Notes: generated from the letters alone by a model not told the origin. Numbered from the stretch's first letter, positions 17,940 to 27,298 are shown. The stretch: 64,000 bases of DNA from Flavobacteriales bacterium (GCA_947476955.1 CANJSS010000002.1:615-64614), one strand, 5' to 3'. Translations and numbers: made by a program.

Positions 17940-17970
17940 AAAAATGCCAACTTCCTTGAAAGTCGGCATT
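17940..17970 (-). terminator. Intrinsic terminator after adk.
   Basis: 11-bp stem with one mismatch (aatgccaactt / aagtcggcatt) and a 6-nt loop. Followed on the minus strand by TTTTT. Confidence 0.55.
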
Positions 17971-17990
17971 TACAAACTATTTAACACCTA

Positions 17991-18563
17991 TTATAAGGAA
18001 TCGATTGCCTCAAACAGGCGCGCTGTAATATTATCAATTGCACCAATACCATCAATCACAATAAATTTACCTTGTTCTTGGTAATATTTCTTCACTGGCG
18101 CAGTTTCTAACTGGTACACATTAATTCTATTTTGAATCACTTCCGGATTAGCATCATCTATTCGTCCGCTAATTTCAGCACGTTTTTTCAACCGTTCTTT
18201 CAATTCATTTTCTTCTACTTCCAAAGCCAACATTACACTGATGGAAGTTTTCAAAGAATCCAAAAAAGAATCCAATGCTTCAGCTTGTGCATTTGTTCTA
18301 GGGAAACCGTCAAAAATAAAACCATTAGAATCCGGGTGTTTCAACACTTCAGAACGCAACATGTTGATCGTAACCTCATCTGGCACTAGCTGCCCCTTAT
18401 CCATAAAGCTTTTTGCCAAAACTCCAAGTTCTGTCTCACCTTTAATATTGGCTCTAAAAACATCTCCTGTAGATAAATGAACCAAATGATACTTCTCTAT
18501 CAATCTTTCAGATTGTGTTCCTTTCCCAGCTCCGGGAGGTCCGAATAAAACAATATTCAACAT
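17991..18563 (-). CDS. adk: Adenylate kinase.
   Basis: P-loop LFGPPGAGKGTQ. Also LSTGDVFR and GFIFDGFPRT. 190 aa short (zinc-less lid) form. Confidence 0.96.
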   Translation of the reverse strand: MLNIVLFGPPGAGKGTQSERLIEKYHLVHLSTGDVFRANIKGETELGVLAKSFMDKGQLVPDEVTINMLRSEVLKHPDSNGFIFDGFPRTNAQAEALDSFLDSLKTSISVMLALEVEENELKERLKKRAEISGRIDDANPEVIQNRINVYQLETAPVKKYYQEQGKFIVIDGIGAIDNITARLFEAIDSL

Positions 18564-18579
18564 ACTTTTTAAACTTAGG

Positions 18580-19113
18580 TTACTCCTCTTTTAATTGGTA
18601 AATTTCTCTAATATTTCGTCCTTTTTCATTATAATCTAATCCATAACCGACAACAAATTTATTAGAAATGGAAAAGCCAACAAACTCCGGTTCTACTTTT
18701 CCCAAAAATGCATCTGGTTTGAAAAGAAGGGTGCAAATTTTTACGGATGCAGGATTTTCAATTTGTAACAACGTTTTAATCTTATCAATTGTAATTCCTG
18801 TATCGACAATGTCTTCTAATATTATAATGTCTTTATTCTCAATTTTTGTGCTCAAACCAATCAATTCGTCCACTCTGCCTTTTGAAGTTGTTCCTTTATA
18901 GGAACTAACTTTCACAAAAGATATTTCGCAAGGAATTGTGATACATTTTATCAAATCCGAAGAAAACATAAATGCTCCGTTCAAAATAGCGATAAAAACA
19001 ACTTCCCTCCCTTGGTATTCATTGTTAATCCTTTCTGCTAGTGCTGAAACTTCTTTTAAAATTTCAGCTTCTTTAATGAATACTTCGAACGATTTATCTT
19101 GTAATTGAATCAC
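18580..19113 (-). CDS. hpt: Hypoxanthine phosphoribosyltransferase.
   Basis: PRPP-binding loop DIIILEDIVDTGIT and FVVGYGLDY. GTG start. Confidence 0.92.
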   Translation of the reverse strand: MIQLQDKSFEVFIKEAEILKEVSALAERINNEYQGREVVFIAILNGAFMFSSDLIKCITIPCEISFVKVSSYKGTTSKGRVDELIGLSTKIENKDIIILEDIVDTGITIDKIKTLLQIENPASVKICTLLFKPDAFLGKVEPEFVGFSISNKFVVGYGLDYNEKGRNIREIYQLKEE

Positions 19114-19134
19114 GTATTACTATAATTTGAGCTA

Positions 19135-19142
19135 CAAAGGTA
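19135..19142 (-). promoter_or_regulatory. Candidate -7 box (TACCTTTG on the minus strand) for hpt-adk.
   Basis: The plus strand reads CAAAGGTA, 21 nt upstream of the hpt start. Confidence 0.4.
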
Positions 19143-19209
19143 CAATTTTATTAAAATAGTTCTATAAATATTTGTTCGGAAAGATTACCTAGACTCAAAA
19201 AATCCCTCT

Positions 19210-19217
19210 TATCTTTG
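19210..19217 (+). promoter_or_regulatory. Candidate -7 box TATCTTTG for purK.
   Basis: Exact TAnnTTTG ending 4 nt before the ATG at 19222. This implies a leaderless or near-leaderless mRNA, or use of the ATG at 19261. Confidence 0.35.
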
Positions 19218-19221
19218 TTGC

Positions 19222-20373
19222 ATGCAAAAATGTTGGTTTGGTAATTCGACAAGACTTGGAATGATTGGTGGCGGTCAATTGGGTCGTATGTTTATTCAGG
19301 AAGCAATTAATTTTGATGTGGAAGTTCACATTCTAGATCCAGATATAAACGCGCCATGTAAGTTGATTGCGCATTCTTTCACAAAAGGTTCTTTAGCGGA
19401 TTATGATGCACTATATACGTTCGGATTGGACAAGGACATTTTAACGGTCGAAATAGAAAATGTCAATGTTGAGGCCCTGGAAGCACTAGAGAAATTGGGT
19501 AAAAAAGTTTATCCACAGCCGCGCGTTTTAAAAATCATTAAAGACAAGGGGTTGCAAAAACAATTCTACATTGACAACACAATTCCTACAGCGCCATTTT
19601 TTTTAATCAACTCAGCAAAAGAATTAGAGGCGCACAAAGAAAACCTTCCGTTTATTCAAAAACTGCGTACAGGCGGATATGACGGAAAGGGCGTTCAAGT
19701 AATTCTAAACGAAGAAGATTTCTTTAAAGCATTTGCTGCTCCATCAATTTTAGAAAAAAAGATTGCATTCATTAAAGAACTCTCCGTAATTGTTGCACGA
19801 AACGAAAAAGGAGAAATTAAGACGTATCCTGCTGTAGAATGCGAATTCAGTGCAGAAGCTAATCTGGTAGAATTTCAATTTGTCCCGGCGGCAATTTCAT
19901 CCAAAATTGAGCAAAAAGCGAAGGAAATAGCTATTGATATCATTCAAAAATTGGATATGGTTGGAATATTGGCTGTTGAAATGTTTCTCACTGCCGATGA
20001 AATACTTTTAGTAAATGAGATTGCGCCTCGACCGCACAATAGCGGCCACCATACGATTGAATGTAACATTACTTCGCAGTTTGAACAACATTTGCGTTCG
20101 GTATTAAACTTACCATTAGGAGAAACAACACTATTACAACCTGGTGCGATGATAAATCTTTTAGGTGAAATTGGTTTCGAAGGCCCGGTTTTTTATGAAG
20201 GATTAGAAGAATGCCTTTCTTTACCTGGTGTCCATCCGCATATTTATGGGAAACAATTCACGAAACCTTTCCGCAAAATGGGACATGTAACAATCGCAGG
20301 TGCAGACTTAGAAACTGTAAAAAGTACAGCACTTGAAGTCAAAAATAAAATTAAAGTAGTTTGTACTATATAG
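19222..20373 (+). CDS. purK: 5-(carboxyamino)imidazole ribonucleotide synthase (N5-CAIR synthase).
   Basis: RLGMIGGGQLGRMF N-terminus. ATP-grasp with EIAPRPHNSGHHTIE. C-terminal RKMGHVT. The start may alternatively be 19261. Confidence 0.9.
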   Translation: MQKCWFGNSTRLGMIGGGQLGRMFIQEAINFDVEVHILDPDINAPCKLIAHSFTKGSLADYDALYTFGLDKDILTVEIENVNVEALEALEKLGKKVYPQPRVLKIIKDKGLQKQFYIDNTIPTAPFFLINSAKELEAHKENLPFIQKLRTGGYDGKGVQVILNEEDFFKAFAAPSILEKKIAFIKELSVIVARNEKGEIKTYPAVECEFSAEANLVEFQFVPAAISSKIEQKAKEIAIDIIQKLDMVGILAVEMFLTADEILLVNEIAPRPHNSGHHTIECNITSQFEQHLRSVLNLPLGETTLLQPGAMINLLGEIGFEGPVFYEGLEECLSLPGVHPHIYGKQFTKPFRKMGHVTIAGADLETVKSTALEVKNKIKVVCTI

Positions 20374-20588
20374 ATTAATCGCTTTTGAACTGAATTTAGT
20401 AAAATTCAATTTCACAAAAAAAAACTGGCGTATAAGCTCTGTAATTTACTACATATTCATTTTTTTAATTAGCAGCTAACCAGGAATTCCTTCCATTCAA
20501 TTGCTATTTTTTTTATTTCAAAATTCCAATTTAACTACCAATCCTTGAATACAAAGGATTTAGAGTACATTTTAAATAAAAAAATATT

Positions 20589-20635
20589 TTGTTTAACTTT
20601 TTTTTTGTTTTGTTAAACATTTTTTGTTTAACTTT
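20589..20635. promoter_or_regulatory. Triple GTTTAAC / GTTAAAC / GTTTAAC motif upstream of the ECF sigma gene (candidate operator or promoter element).
   Basis: ttgtttaactt (20589-20599), tgttaaaca (20611-20619, inverted) and ttgtttaactt (20625-20635). Lies 27-73 nt upstream of the ATG at 20662. Confidence 0.3.
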
Positions 20636-20661
20636 GGCTGTAAATATTTAAACAAAATAAC

Positions 20662-21174
20662 ATGTCTACAATAGAATTTAACGAAGCTCTAATTGGAATG
20701 GAAAACAATCTTCATTCGTTTGCAATGAGTTTTACTAGAAACAATGAGGATGCGAAAGATCTTACGCAAGAGACCATGTTGAAAGCAATTACGTACAGAA
20801 CTTATTATGCGCCTCAAACAAATTTCAAGGCATGGGTTTTTACTATAATGCGAAATATTTTCATCAACCAATATCGCAGAAAAGTGAAATCCGGAACTAT
20901 ATTTGATCATTCCCAAGAATTGTATTTATTAAACGGAACGAGTGAATCTACGAATCAACCGATTCATTACATGCTCGAAAAAGAAGTTTCCAATCAAATC
21001 AATAGTTTGGGGGATGAATATAAAACACCTTTTGAAATGCATTTTCAAGGATTCAAGTACAAAGAAATTGCCGACTCCTTAGGTATACCTATCGGAACCG
21101 TAAAAAGTCGTATTTTTATAGCACGGAAAAAATTAATGGATCTTTTACCGGATTATAATTATACAATGAATTAA
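20662..21174 (+). CDS. ECF-type RNA polymerase sigma-70 family factor.
   Basis: 170 aa. Region 2: DLTQETMLKAI...FKAWVFTIMRNIFINQYRR. Region 4: YKEIADSLGIPIGTVKSRIFIARKKL. The stop overlaps the crtI ATG (TAATG). Confidence 0.88.
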   Translation: MSTIEFNEALIGMENNLHSFAMSFTRNNEDAKDLTQETMLKAITYRTYYAPQTNFKAWVFTIMRNIFINQYRRKVKSGTIFDHSQELYLLNGTSESTNQPIHYMLEKEVSNQINSLGDEYKTPFEMHFQGFKYKEIADSLGIPIGTVKSRIFIARKKLMDLLPDYNYTMN

Positions 21175-22646
21175 TGGGGAAAAAAGTCACGCTAATTGGC
21201 GCAGGAATTTCAAGTCTTGCTTCAGCATCATTTTTAGCTAGAGCAGGATTTGAGGTAACAATTTTAGAAAAAAATACAACAATAGGCGGAAGAGCAAGGC
21301 AATTTAAAACGGATGGTTTTGTATTTGATATGGGGCCAAGTTGGTATTGGATGCCAGATGTATTCGAACAATTTTACGCGAAATTTGGCCATACGACAAG
21401 TGACTTTTACGCATTAAAAAGATTGGATCCTTCCTATAATGTTTTTTGGAAAGATGGAACGAAAACAGCTATTCCAGCAGATGAAAACAAACTTTTCGAT
21501 TGGTTTGAATCCTTGGAGAAAGGAAGTTCTGAAAAACTTAAATCCTTTTTGAAAGACGCAAAATATAAATACGAAGTTGGAATGCAAGATTTGGTTTTCA
21601 AACCAAGTTTAAAAATTACAGAATTTGCAGATATTCGAATTTTAAAAGGCTTATTTAAGCTACATTTACTTTCTTCTTTTTCGAAATATATTCGTAAATA
21701 CTTCAAAAACGAAAAAATTCTTTCTTTACTGGAATTTCCAATCTTATTTCTCGGTGCCATGCCAAAAGATACCCCTGCATTATATTCTTTAATGAATTAT
21801 GCAGATATTTCTTTGGGAACCTGGTATCCAATGGGAGGAATGTACAATATAATTGAAGCTTTTGAGAAAATCGCCATAGAAAATGGCGTAAAAATAATTA
21901 CTGATCAAGAAGTAACAGGAATAAAATCCTCCAACAATTTAGTGACCCATGTTCTGACCAAGTCTAATTCCTTCGAAACAGATATTCTAGTTTCTGGTGC
22001 TGATTACCACCATACGGATACTGGAATTTTGGAAGATAAGGCGAACTATTCTGAAAAATATTGGGAAAGTCGGACCATGGCGCCATCTTGCTTACTTTTT
22101 TATCTTGGAATAGATAAAAAATTAGAAGGTTTGGATCACCATAATCTATTTTTTGACGAAGATTTTGAGTTGCATGCCAAAGAAATTTATAAAGATGCTA
22201 AATGGCCTTCCGCTCCTTTATTTTACGCAAGTGTTCCTTCAATAACCGATCCAAGCGTTGCGCCTGAAGGAAAAGAAAATCTTTTTTTATTAGTTCCTAT
22301 TGCCCCAAATCTTGCGGATGACGAGGAAACTAGAGAGAAATATTTCAATATTATCTTAGATAGATTGGAACAAAAAACTGGGAATTCAATTAGGGAATCA
22401 ATAATCTACAAGAAAAGTTATTGCATCACCGACTTTAAAAATGATTACCATGCTTTTAAAGGGAATGCCTATGGATTGGCAAATACACTGAAGCAAACAG
22501 CAATTTTAAAGCCTTCTTTGAAAAGTAAAAAATTGAAGAATATGTATTACACTGGCCAGTTGACTGTTCCAGGCCCAGGTGTTCCGCCTTCTATTATTTC
22601 AGGGGAAGTTGTAGCTAGAGAAATTATAAAAGACTTCAATAAATAA
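21174..22646 (+). CDS. crtI: Phytoene desaturase.
   Basis: FAD fold VTLIGAGISSLASASFLARAGFEVTILEKN. C-terminal GQLTVPGPGVPPSIISG is typical of CrtI. Adjacent to crtB. Confidence 0.9.
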   Translation: MGKKVTLIGAGISSLASASFLARAGFEVTILEKNTTIGGRARQFKTDGFVFDMGPSWYWMPDVFEQFYAKFGHTTSDFYALKRLDPSYNVFWKDGTKTAIPADENKLFDWFESLEKGSSEKLKSFLKDAKYKYEVGMQDLVFKPSLKITEFADIRILKGLFKLHLLSSFSKYIRKYFKNEKILSLLEFPILFLGAMPKDTPALYSLMNYADISLGTWYPMGGMYNIIEAFEKIAIENGVKIITDQEVTGIKSSNNLVTHVLTKSNSFETDILVSGADYHHTDTGILEDKANYSEKYWESRTMAPSCLLFYLGIDKKLEGLDHHNLFFDEDFELHAKEIYKDAKWPSAPLFYASVPSITDPSVAPEGKENLFLLVPIAPNLADDEETREKYFNIILDRLEQKTGNSIRESIIYKKSYCITDFKNDYHAFKGNAYGLANTLKQTAILKPSLKSKKLKNMYYTGQLTVPGPGVPPSIISGEVVAREIIKDFNK

Positions 22647-22695
22647 TCTAATTAAATATTTAGTTTTAATTTTAATTTTAGACAAATCTATACGC

Positions 22696-23532
22696 ATGAA
22701 ACAATTATTTGACAATGTCTCTCACGAAATGAGCAAACTGACAACCAAAAGGTATAGTACTTCTTTTTCCATGGGAATATCATTTTTGGATAAGGAATTA
22801 CAAAATCCTATTTATGCGGTTTACGGTTTTGTGCGTTTCGCGGATGAAATTGTAGATTCTTTTCATGGGTATGATAAATCTGAACTGCTAAACGATTTTA
22901 AAGCCCAAACATTTACTGCTATTGAAAAAGGAATTTCCTTAAACCCGATTTTGAACAGTTTTCAATGGGCAGTGAATAAGTATGCCATTCCACTTGAATT
23001 AATAGAGACTTTTTTGCAGAGTATGGAAATGGATTTAAATAAGCAAACGTATGACGAAGCAAAATATGAATTATATATTTTAGGTTCAGCAGAGGTTGTT
23101 GGTTTAATGTGTTTGAAAATTTTTGTTAACGGCAGTGAAATAGAATACCAGCGTTTGAAACCGGCTGCAATGAAACTTGGTTCCGCCTTTCAGAAAATCA
23201 ATTTTTTACGCGATCTAAAAGACGATTTTAACGAACTTGGACGCACTTATTTTCCTGGAATTAATTTAATTGATTTTGATTGCGACATAAAAAAAGAAAT
23301 TGAAGAAAATATTGAACTTGATTTTAAATTGGGCTTTGAAGGAATTAAGCTTCTTCCTAAAAATGCACGTTTCGGTGTTTATATGGCCTATATTTATTAC
23401 TATAAATTATTTAATAAAATAAAATCAACGCCGGCAAAAATCATACTCCAAGAGCGCGTTCGTATTCCAAACAATAAGAAATACAGACTTTTCATTGCTT
23501 CCTATGTGAAGCACAACCTAAATTTAATATAA
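22696..23532 (+). CDS. crtB: Phytoene synthase.
   Basis: Squalene/phytoene synthase family. YGFVRFADEIVD and FLRDLKDDFNELGRTYFP Asp-rich motifs. Confidence 0.9.
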   Translation: MKQLFDNVSHEMSKLTTKRYSTSFSMGISFLDKELQNPIYAVYGFVRFADEIVDSFHGYDKSELLNDFKAQTFTAIEKGISLNPILNSFQWAVNKYAIPLELIETFLQSMEMDLNKQTYDEAKYELYILGSAEVVGLMCLKIFVNGSEIEYQRLKPAAMKLGSAFQKINFLRDLKDDFNELGRTYFPGINLIDFDCDIKKEIEENIELDFKLGFEGIKLLPKNARFGVYMAYIYYYKLFNKIKSTPAKIILQERVRIPNNKKYRLFIASYVKHNLNLI

Positions 23533-23537
23533 TACCC

Positions 23538-24101
23538 GTGAACGCATATTCTAAACTTGATGTAATTCTTGTTGACCAACAAAATAATAGTGTTGGAACA
23601 ATGGATAAATTAGAAGCTCATCAAAAAGGAATTTTACACCGCGCGTTTTCTGTTTTTGTCTTTAACGAAAAAAAAGAATTGCTATTGCAAAGACGCGCAA
23701 TGGGAAAGTACCATTCGGAAGGTTTGTGGTCAAACACATGCTGCAGCCATCCTTTTCCAGGTGAATCAAATTTACATGCGGCACACCGCAGATTGGAAGA
23801 AGAAATGGGTTTTGATTGTTTTTTAGAGGAAGAATTTCATTTTATTTACCATGAAAATCTTGACAACAATCTGATTGAGCACGAACTAGACGCTGTAATT
23901 ATTGGATTTTCTGAAGAAGTTCCCAAATTGAATACTTCTGAAGTTAGTGAATTCAAATGGATGAAATTAGATGAAATTGATACGGATATGCTGGTTAATC
24001 CTGAAAAATATACTATTTGGTTTAAGCTTATCCTTCAAAATCATTTAGAAAAAATACACATAAAATTACACCATGAAAGTTTGCAGAAGAGAAACATTTA
24101 A
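23538..24101 (+). CDS. idi: Isopentenyl-diphosphate delta-isomerase, type 1 (Nudix).
   Basis: GILHRAFSVFVFN, LWSNTCCSHP and EHELD motifs. GTG start 5 nt after the crtB stop. Confidence 0.88.
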   Translation: MNAYSKLDVILVDQQNNSVGTMDKLEAHQKGILHRAFSVFVFNEKKELLLQRRAMGKYHSEGLWSNTCCSHPFPGESNLHAAHRRLEEEMGFDCFLEEEFHFIYHENLDNNLIEHELDAVIIGFSEEVPKLNTSEVSEFKWMKLDEIDTDMLVNPEKYTIWFKLILQNHLEKIHIKLHHESLQKRNI

Positions 24102-24477
24102 CGCAGCACATCGCTTATTCAATGCTAATTGGAGTGATGAGAAAAATATGGAAGTGTTTGGAAAGTGCAGTAATCCAAATTATCATGGCCACAACTATGT
24201 TTTGGAAACTTGGATTGAGGGGGAAATTGAAGAGGAAACGGGATATGTTATCGATTTAAAAAAATTGAAAGATTTGATTAGGGATGAAATATCAGAGCGT
24301 TTTGATCATAGAAATCTCAATTTAGACTGCATTGAATTTGAAAATTTAAAACCATCTGCTGAAAATATTGCTTTCGTTATTTGGAATATTCTGCGTGAAA
24401 AATTGGACGTAAAATACGGATTATCCGTTCGTTTATGGGAAACTGAAAATAACGTGGTAGAATACTGTGGGCAATGA
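24073..24477 (+). CDS. 6-pyruvoyl-tetrahydropterin synthase family protein (COG0720, PTPS/QueD).
   Basis: 134 aa. FNAAHRL and KCSNPNYHGHNY (C-x5-HGH spacing). Overlaps idi by 29 nt and the photolyase start by ATGA. Confidence 0.85.
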   Translation: MKVCRRETFNAAHRLFNANWSDEKNMEVFGKCSNPNYHGHNYVLETWIEGEIEEETGYVIDLKKLKDLIRDEISERFDHRNLNLDCIEFENLKPSAENIAFVIWNILREKLDVKYGLSVRLWETENNVVEYCGQ

Positions 24478-25775
24478 TTTCCATATTCTGGCACCGACGC
24501 GATCTGCGTATACACGATAATGCAGCCCTATTTAAGGCATTAAAAAATGGTGGGAAAGTTCAACCTTTATTTGTGTTTGACGAAACAATTCTGTCCAAAC
24601 TACCTAAAGATGACCAACGCATTGTTTTTATTCATCAGGAAATTAAGCGTTTAAAAGAAGAATATAAAAAATTTGGCGCCGATTTACAGGTTTTTTACGG
24701 CAACCCTATTCTATTAATTCCTCAAATAGCTGAAAAGCTGAAAGCAACATCCGTTTATACGAATAGAGATTACGAACCCTATGCATTGGAGCGCGATCAG
24801 AAGATTTTTGAGGTTCTACGTGATAAGAACATAGAATTTATTGGTGCAAAAGACCACGTTATTTTCGAGAAATCTGAAGTTCTTAAAGGCGATGGAACGC
24901 CGTATACGATTTTCACCCCATATTCCAGAAAATGGAAAGAGAAATTGAATGATTTTTATCTTTCTTCCTATGAGGTTGAAAAATTTGTGGTAAATCTAAT
25001 GAAATCCATTCCAACTCCTCTCCTTTCATTGGGAGAAATGGATTTTGACAATGAAAAAAAAATAGAATTTCCTACAAGAATTTTTCCTGAAAAAATTATA
25101 CAATCCTACTCTGAAACACGCGATACACCTTCAATATTAGGTACAAGTCGATTAAGTTTACACCTGCGTTTTGGCACAATAAGCGTTCGAGAACTTACTA
25201 GTGTAGCAGTAAAAAGTAATGAAACATATCTGAACGAATTGATTTGGCGCGATTTTTACCAAATGATACTTTTTCATTTTCCGCATTCTGCAAAGGCAGC
25301 TTTTCGTTCGAAATACGATAGAATTAACTGGGAAAGAAATGAGGAACATTTCACGGCTTGGTGCGCAGGAAAAACAGGTTATCCACTTGTGGATGCAGGA
25401 ATGCGAGAATTAAACGCCACCGGATTCATGCACAACCGGGTGCGAATGGTTGTTGCCAGTTTTCTAACAAAACATTTATTACTCGATTGGCGCTGGGGAG
25501 AAGGATATTTTGCGGAAAAATTATTGGACTTTGAACAAGCAAGCAATGTTGGAGGCTGGCAATGGGCTGCAGGATGCGGTTGCGATGCAGCGCCTTATTT
25601 CCGAGTCTTCAATCCTACAAGTCAACAAGAAAAATTTGATAAAACATTCACCTACATTAAAAAATGGGTGCCAGAATTTGGAACGCCTGATTATCCAAAC
25701 CCGATTATTGAACATAAATTTGCACGTGAACGCGTTATTGAACGCTATAAAAAAGGTTTAAACGAATCTATATGA
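24474..25775 (+). CDS. phr: Deoxyribodipyrimidine photolyase / cryptochrome family flavoprotein.
   Basis: N-terminal IFWHRRDLRIHDNAAL. FAD-binding region WRDFY, TGFMHNRVRMVVASFL, GGWQWAAGCGCDAAPYFRVFNP. Confidence 0.92.
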   Translation: MISIFWHRRDLRIHDNAALFKALKNGGKVQPLFVFDETILSKLPKDDQRIVFIHQEIKRLKEEYKKFGADLQVFYGNPILLIPQIAEKLKATSVYTNRDYEPYALERDQKIFEVLRDKNIEFIGAKDHVIFEKSEVLKGDGTPYTIFTPYSRKWKEKLNDFYLSSYEVEKFVVNLMKSIPTPLLSLGEMDFDNEKKIEFPTRIFPEKIIQSYSETRDTPSILGTSRLSLHLRFGTISVRELTSVAVKSNETYLNELIWRDFYQMILFHFPHSAKAAFRSKYDRINWERNEEHFTAWCAGKTGYPLVDAGMRELNATGFMHNRVRMVVASFLTKHLLLDWRWGEGYFAEKLLDFEQASNVGGWQWAAGCGCDAAPYFRVFNPTSQQEKFDKTFTYIKKWVPEFGTPDYPNPIIEHKFARERVIERYKKGLNESI

Positions 25776-26227
25776 CCCTAAAAATCGGTGATAACTGCCC
25801 AAGCTTCAGCCTGAAAAACCAAAATGGAGAAACAGTTAATAGCACAGAACTAGTCGGTTCTAAAAATTTAGTGATCTTCTTTTATCCAAAAGATGAAACG
25901 CCTGGTTGCACGAAAGAAGCTTGCTCCTTTCGAGATATGCACGAAGAATTCAACAATTTAGAATGTGAAGTAATCGGTATTTCATCTGATTCTGTTAATT
26001 CACATAAGAAATTCGCTGAAAAATTCCAATTATCATACATCTTACTAGCCGATACTCAAAAAATAGTACGAGCAGCTTTCCAGGTTCCTGCGAATCTGTT
26101 TGGATTAATTCCAGGCCGCGTGACTTATGTTGTGGATAAATCGGGCATTATTCGTGGAATTCATAATTCTCAAACGGATCCAGTTGGGCATATTTCCGCA
26201 GCTTTAAATTTAGTTAAAACGCTGTAA
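25772..26227 (+). CDS. bcp: Thiol peroxidase Bcp (peroxiredoxin).
   Basis: FFYPKDETPGCTKEAC (CxxxxC Bcp active site). ATGA overlap with the photolyase stop. Confidence 0.9.
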   Translation: MTLKIGDNCPSFSLKNQNGETVNSTELVGSKNLVIFFYPKDETPGCTKEACSFRDMHEEFNNLECEVIGISSDSVNSHKKFAEKFQLSYILLADTQKIVRAAFQVPANLFGLIPGRVTYVVDKSGIIRGIHNSQTDPVGHISAALNLVKTL

Positions 26228-26341
26228 ATTGCTAATTCAATTCGTTTTTGTGGTAATTGGCTTAGAAAAATTGTTTCCTACATTAATAATTTAAAAATTG
26301 ATATGGTTAATGAAAACATACAGTATCAATTTAAATAACTG

Positions 26342-26743
26342 ATGATGAAAGGATTTAAAACTGCAATGGAGAAAGAAACACGCGTAAATGCAGATTTCAG
26401 AAAGGTTCTATATACATCCAAACATTTACAATTAGTGTTAATGAGCCTAAAAGTTGGGGAGGAAATTGGAGAAGAAATCCATTTGAAAAACGATCAGTTT
26501 TTCAGATTTGAAAGTGGAATAGGTCGTTGTTTTGTAAATGAAACAGAATACTTTGTGAAAAATGGAGACGTTCTCATTGTTCCAGCTGGAGCGAAACACA
26601 ATATTCTAAATGCTAGTTCTTCAGAGGAACTGAAATTGTATTCTATTTACGCACCTCCACATCACAAAGATGGAATAATAAGACATTCAAAAGAAATTGC
26701 AAATCGGCAGGAAACCTTATTTGATGGTGTAACAACAGAATAG
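26342..26743 (+). CDS. Small cupin-domain protein.
   Basis: 133 aa. The second cupin motif matches exactly: GDVLIVPAGAKHNILN (G-x5-P-x-G-x2-H-x3-N). Confidence 0.75.
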   Translation: MMKGFKTAMEKETRVNADFRKVLYTSKHLQLVLMSLKVGEEIGEEIHLKNDQFFRFESGIGRCFVNETEYFVKNGDVLIVPAGAKHNILNASSSEELKLYSIYAPPHHKDGIIRHSKEIANRQETLFDGVTTE

Positions 26744-26744
26744 T

Positions 26745-27197
26745 TTAATCATTAAATATTTCGTCAACAGCTATCAAACGGAAAGCAAATATTTCTTCCA
26801 ATTTTTTCTTAACTACAAGTGGATGCGCAATTTTTCCGAAAATTCCAAAAGGTATTTCGTAAGAAACAATATCCGTCATTTCAACACCTCCATCTACAAC
26901 TTTAAAATGGTGTTCATGGTGCCAAATTCTATATGGCCCTTTGCGCTGCTCATCCACAAAAAATTCATTTTCTTTAACGTGCGTAATTTCCGTAATCCAC
27001 TTCATTGGAATATTAAGCAATGGTCGAACGGTATATTCTATCATTAATCCTTCATACATTTTATCCGGAATTTCAAGTAAAACATCGAATCCCATGTAGG
27101 CTGGCGTTATTTTTTTTAAGTTTTTTGGCGAGGAGAAAAAATCCCAACATGTTCCAATATCTGTTTTAACAAGTTGCGTGCGTTTAAATTGATACAT
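26745..27197 (-). CDS. SRPBCC (START/polyketide-cyclase-like) family protein.
   Basis: 150 aa. CWDFFSSPKNLKKITP and GPYRIWHHEHHF are characteristic of the COG4276-type SRPBCC family. Confidence 0.7.
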   Translation of the reverse strand: MYQFKRTQLVKTDIGTCWDFFSSPKNLKKITPAYMGFDVLLEIPDKMYEGLMIEYTVRPLLNIPMKWITEITHVKENEFFVDEQRKGPYRIWHHEHHFKVVDGGVEMTDIVSYEIPFGIFGKIAHPLVVKKKLEEIFAFRLIAVDEIFND

Positions 27198-27298
27198 CTT
27201 AAATATTTTAAGTAAAACACCATTAGAACTTAATTGTTCTTTGCTCGAAAATCAATTTTTTAGACTTAAACTTTTTTATGTTTAATTTGTTCCCTCTA

